Shown piece by piece: positions 62,889 through 64,000 of a stretch of 64,000 nt of DNA. Below the pieces are notes generated by a model. It ran no database searches and was not told where the DNA came from. It saw only the letters and a program-made list of their open reading frames with translations. Made by a program: the position numbers and the translations under genes. The stretch is taken from positions 52,266,001 to 52,330,000 of the forward strand of contig CM060731.1 in assembly GCA_030704615.1 (NCBI GenBank). The letters run 5' to 3'. The DNA comes from Takakia lepidozioides. Taxonomy: Eukaryota > Plantae > Bryophyta. Position 1 is the first letter of the stretch. Every line of letters starts with the position of its first letter.

Positions 62889-64000
62889 GTTGCAAGTCTG
62901 AATACAAATGTTGCTATGATCCACAAAACCTTGGGGGTATGTAAAGATAAAGATATTTGACAAATAGAGCTCTGTGTTGCTAATTGTAGAGCTCTATTAA
63001 GTATGTATTTTGGGAAGAAGATTTAACACTAGTGCGTGTGTAGTCATGTAGCTCCATTTTTTACCTGATGTGATTAAAAATATTACAAAATATTATTAAC
63101 AAAATAATAAAAATAATAAAAATAATGTGTTGTAAATAATAATGGCGTGAAGAAATGAATGTGAGATAAGATTTTTTAATGACAAAAATTAGTAAAATTC
63201 TTATAACATTCTTTATTAATGGACCAACTTGGTTCAATTGCATAATCAGCTCAATGCACTAAATATACATAAATAAAAAATGTCTATATTCCAAACGAGA
63301 GTTAAAATCAGAAATTCGGCCTATATATATACACTAGACATAACTAGACAACTGTCAATAGTTTAATTATAGTTTTATAGTGCAAAATCAAATGAGGAAG
63401 ACATTGGGGGTTTTGGTGGCAGTGGCTAAGGGAAGAAAAGCCAAAATTGTTAGGTGATCTAGTCGATTTAATGGCTTCTAATGCAAGCTTGAAATCCCAT
63501 TATAATACTAATACATATAATGCACGGCGGAACAATTTTAGCTTGGTGAATGTTGCCAATTGTTAGTAGGTATCGAATTGTGCGGACAATGCTTTGTCAG
63601 ATACTAGGACCACTAACATGTTTTATATTGAAAGTCAACATGATCAGTATACAAATTATTTGCTTTTGTTGATTCTTGGACACACCATCTATATCTGATT
63701 TGCAGATAAAGATGATGTACAAGGTAGTTTAATCTATACAATTAAAAAAAAAGCAAGAAACATGCAAAGTCTCATTAGGATCAAACGAAAAAGATAATGA
63801 TCATTTGCTTAAATGGCATGTTGTAAATAAATCTTTGATTTCAAGAGTTTTTCTCATGAGTCCTAATCCCCTGTTTAAATAGAAAAAAATAGTAAAGTAA
63901 AAATCTTGAATCTCTTAATTCGTAATATACATAATATGCTTTAGTTTTAATTATATCATCCAAAAATTTTATTGATTTCTTTGTAATTAACATAAAAATT

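Overview
This is a transposon-dense window from a non-seed land plant, probably a fern or lycophyte, judged from the PLS-DYW PPR gene, the Replitron-type HUH remnant and the PHD-bearing Ty3/gypsy element. It holds two inverted copies of one non-chromovirus Ty3/gypsy family (1-8678 +; 20489-27683 -), three other gypsy relics (chromodomain, dUTPase-like and PHD types) and copia relics. Host genes are a PPR-DYW editing factor with a PDF/OSB-type motif, RNase Z exons, a COMT-like pseudogene and a GNA-type lectin. The most unusual structure is an apparent DNA-transposon-like element at ~8679-20488. It carries an intact multi-exon gene, reconstructed by hand with all GT-AG introns in phase, encoding an N-terminal ParB/Srx-like domain (DGNHR) fused to a C-terminal beta-class N4C/N6A DNA-methyltransferase-like domain. 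Directly upstream, possibly inside intron 1, is a ~5.2 kb array of ~44-45 x 116-bp units, each with a 17-bp-stem palindrome. A diverged, decayed paralogue with identical intron positions and a related terminus lies at 27684-30083. Non-coding relatives with the same terminal motifs and palindrome core occur at ~43312-44620 and ~50985-52640. All coordinates and domain calls were made by eye, without database searches.
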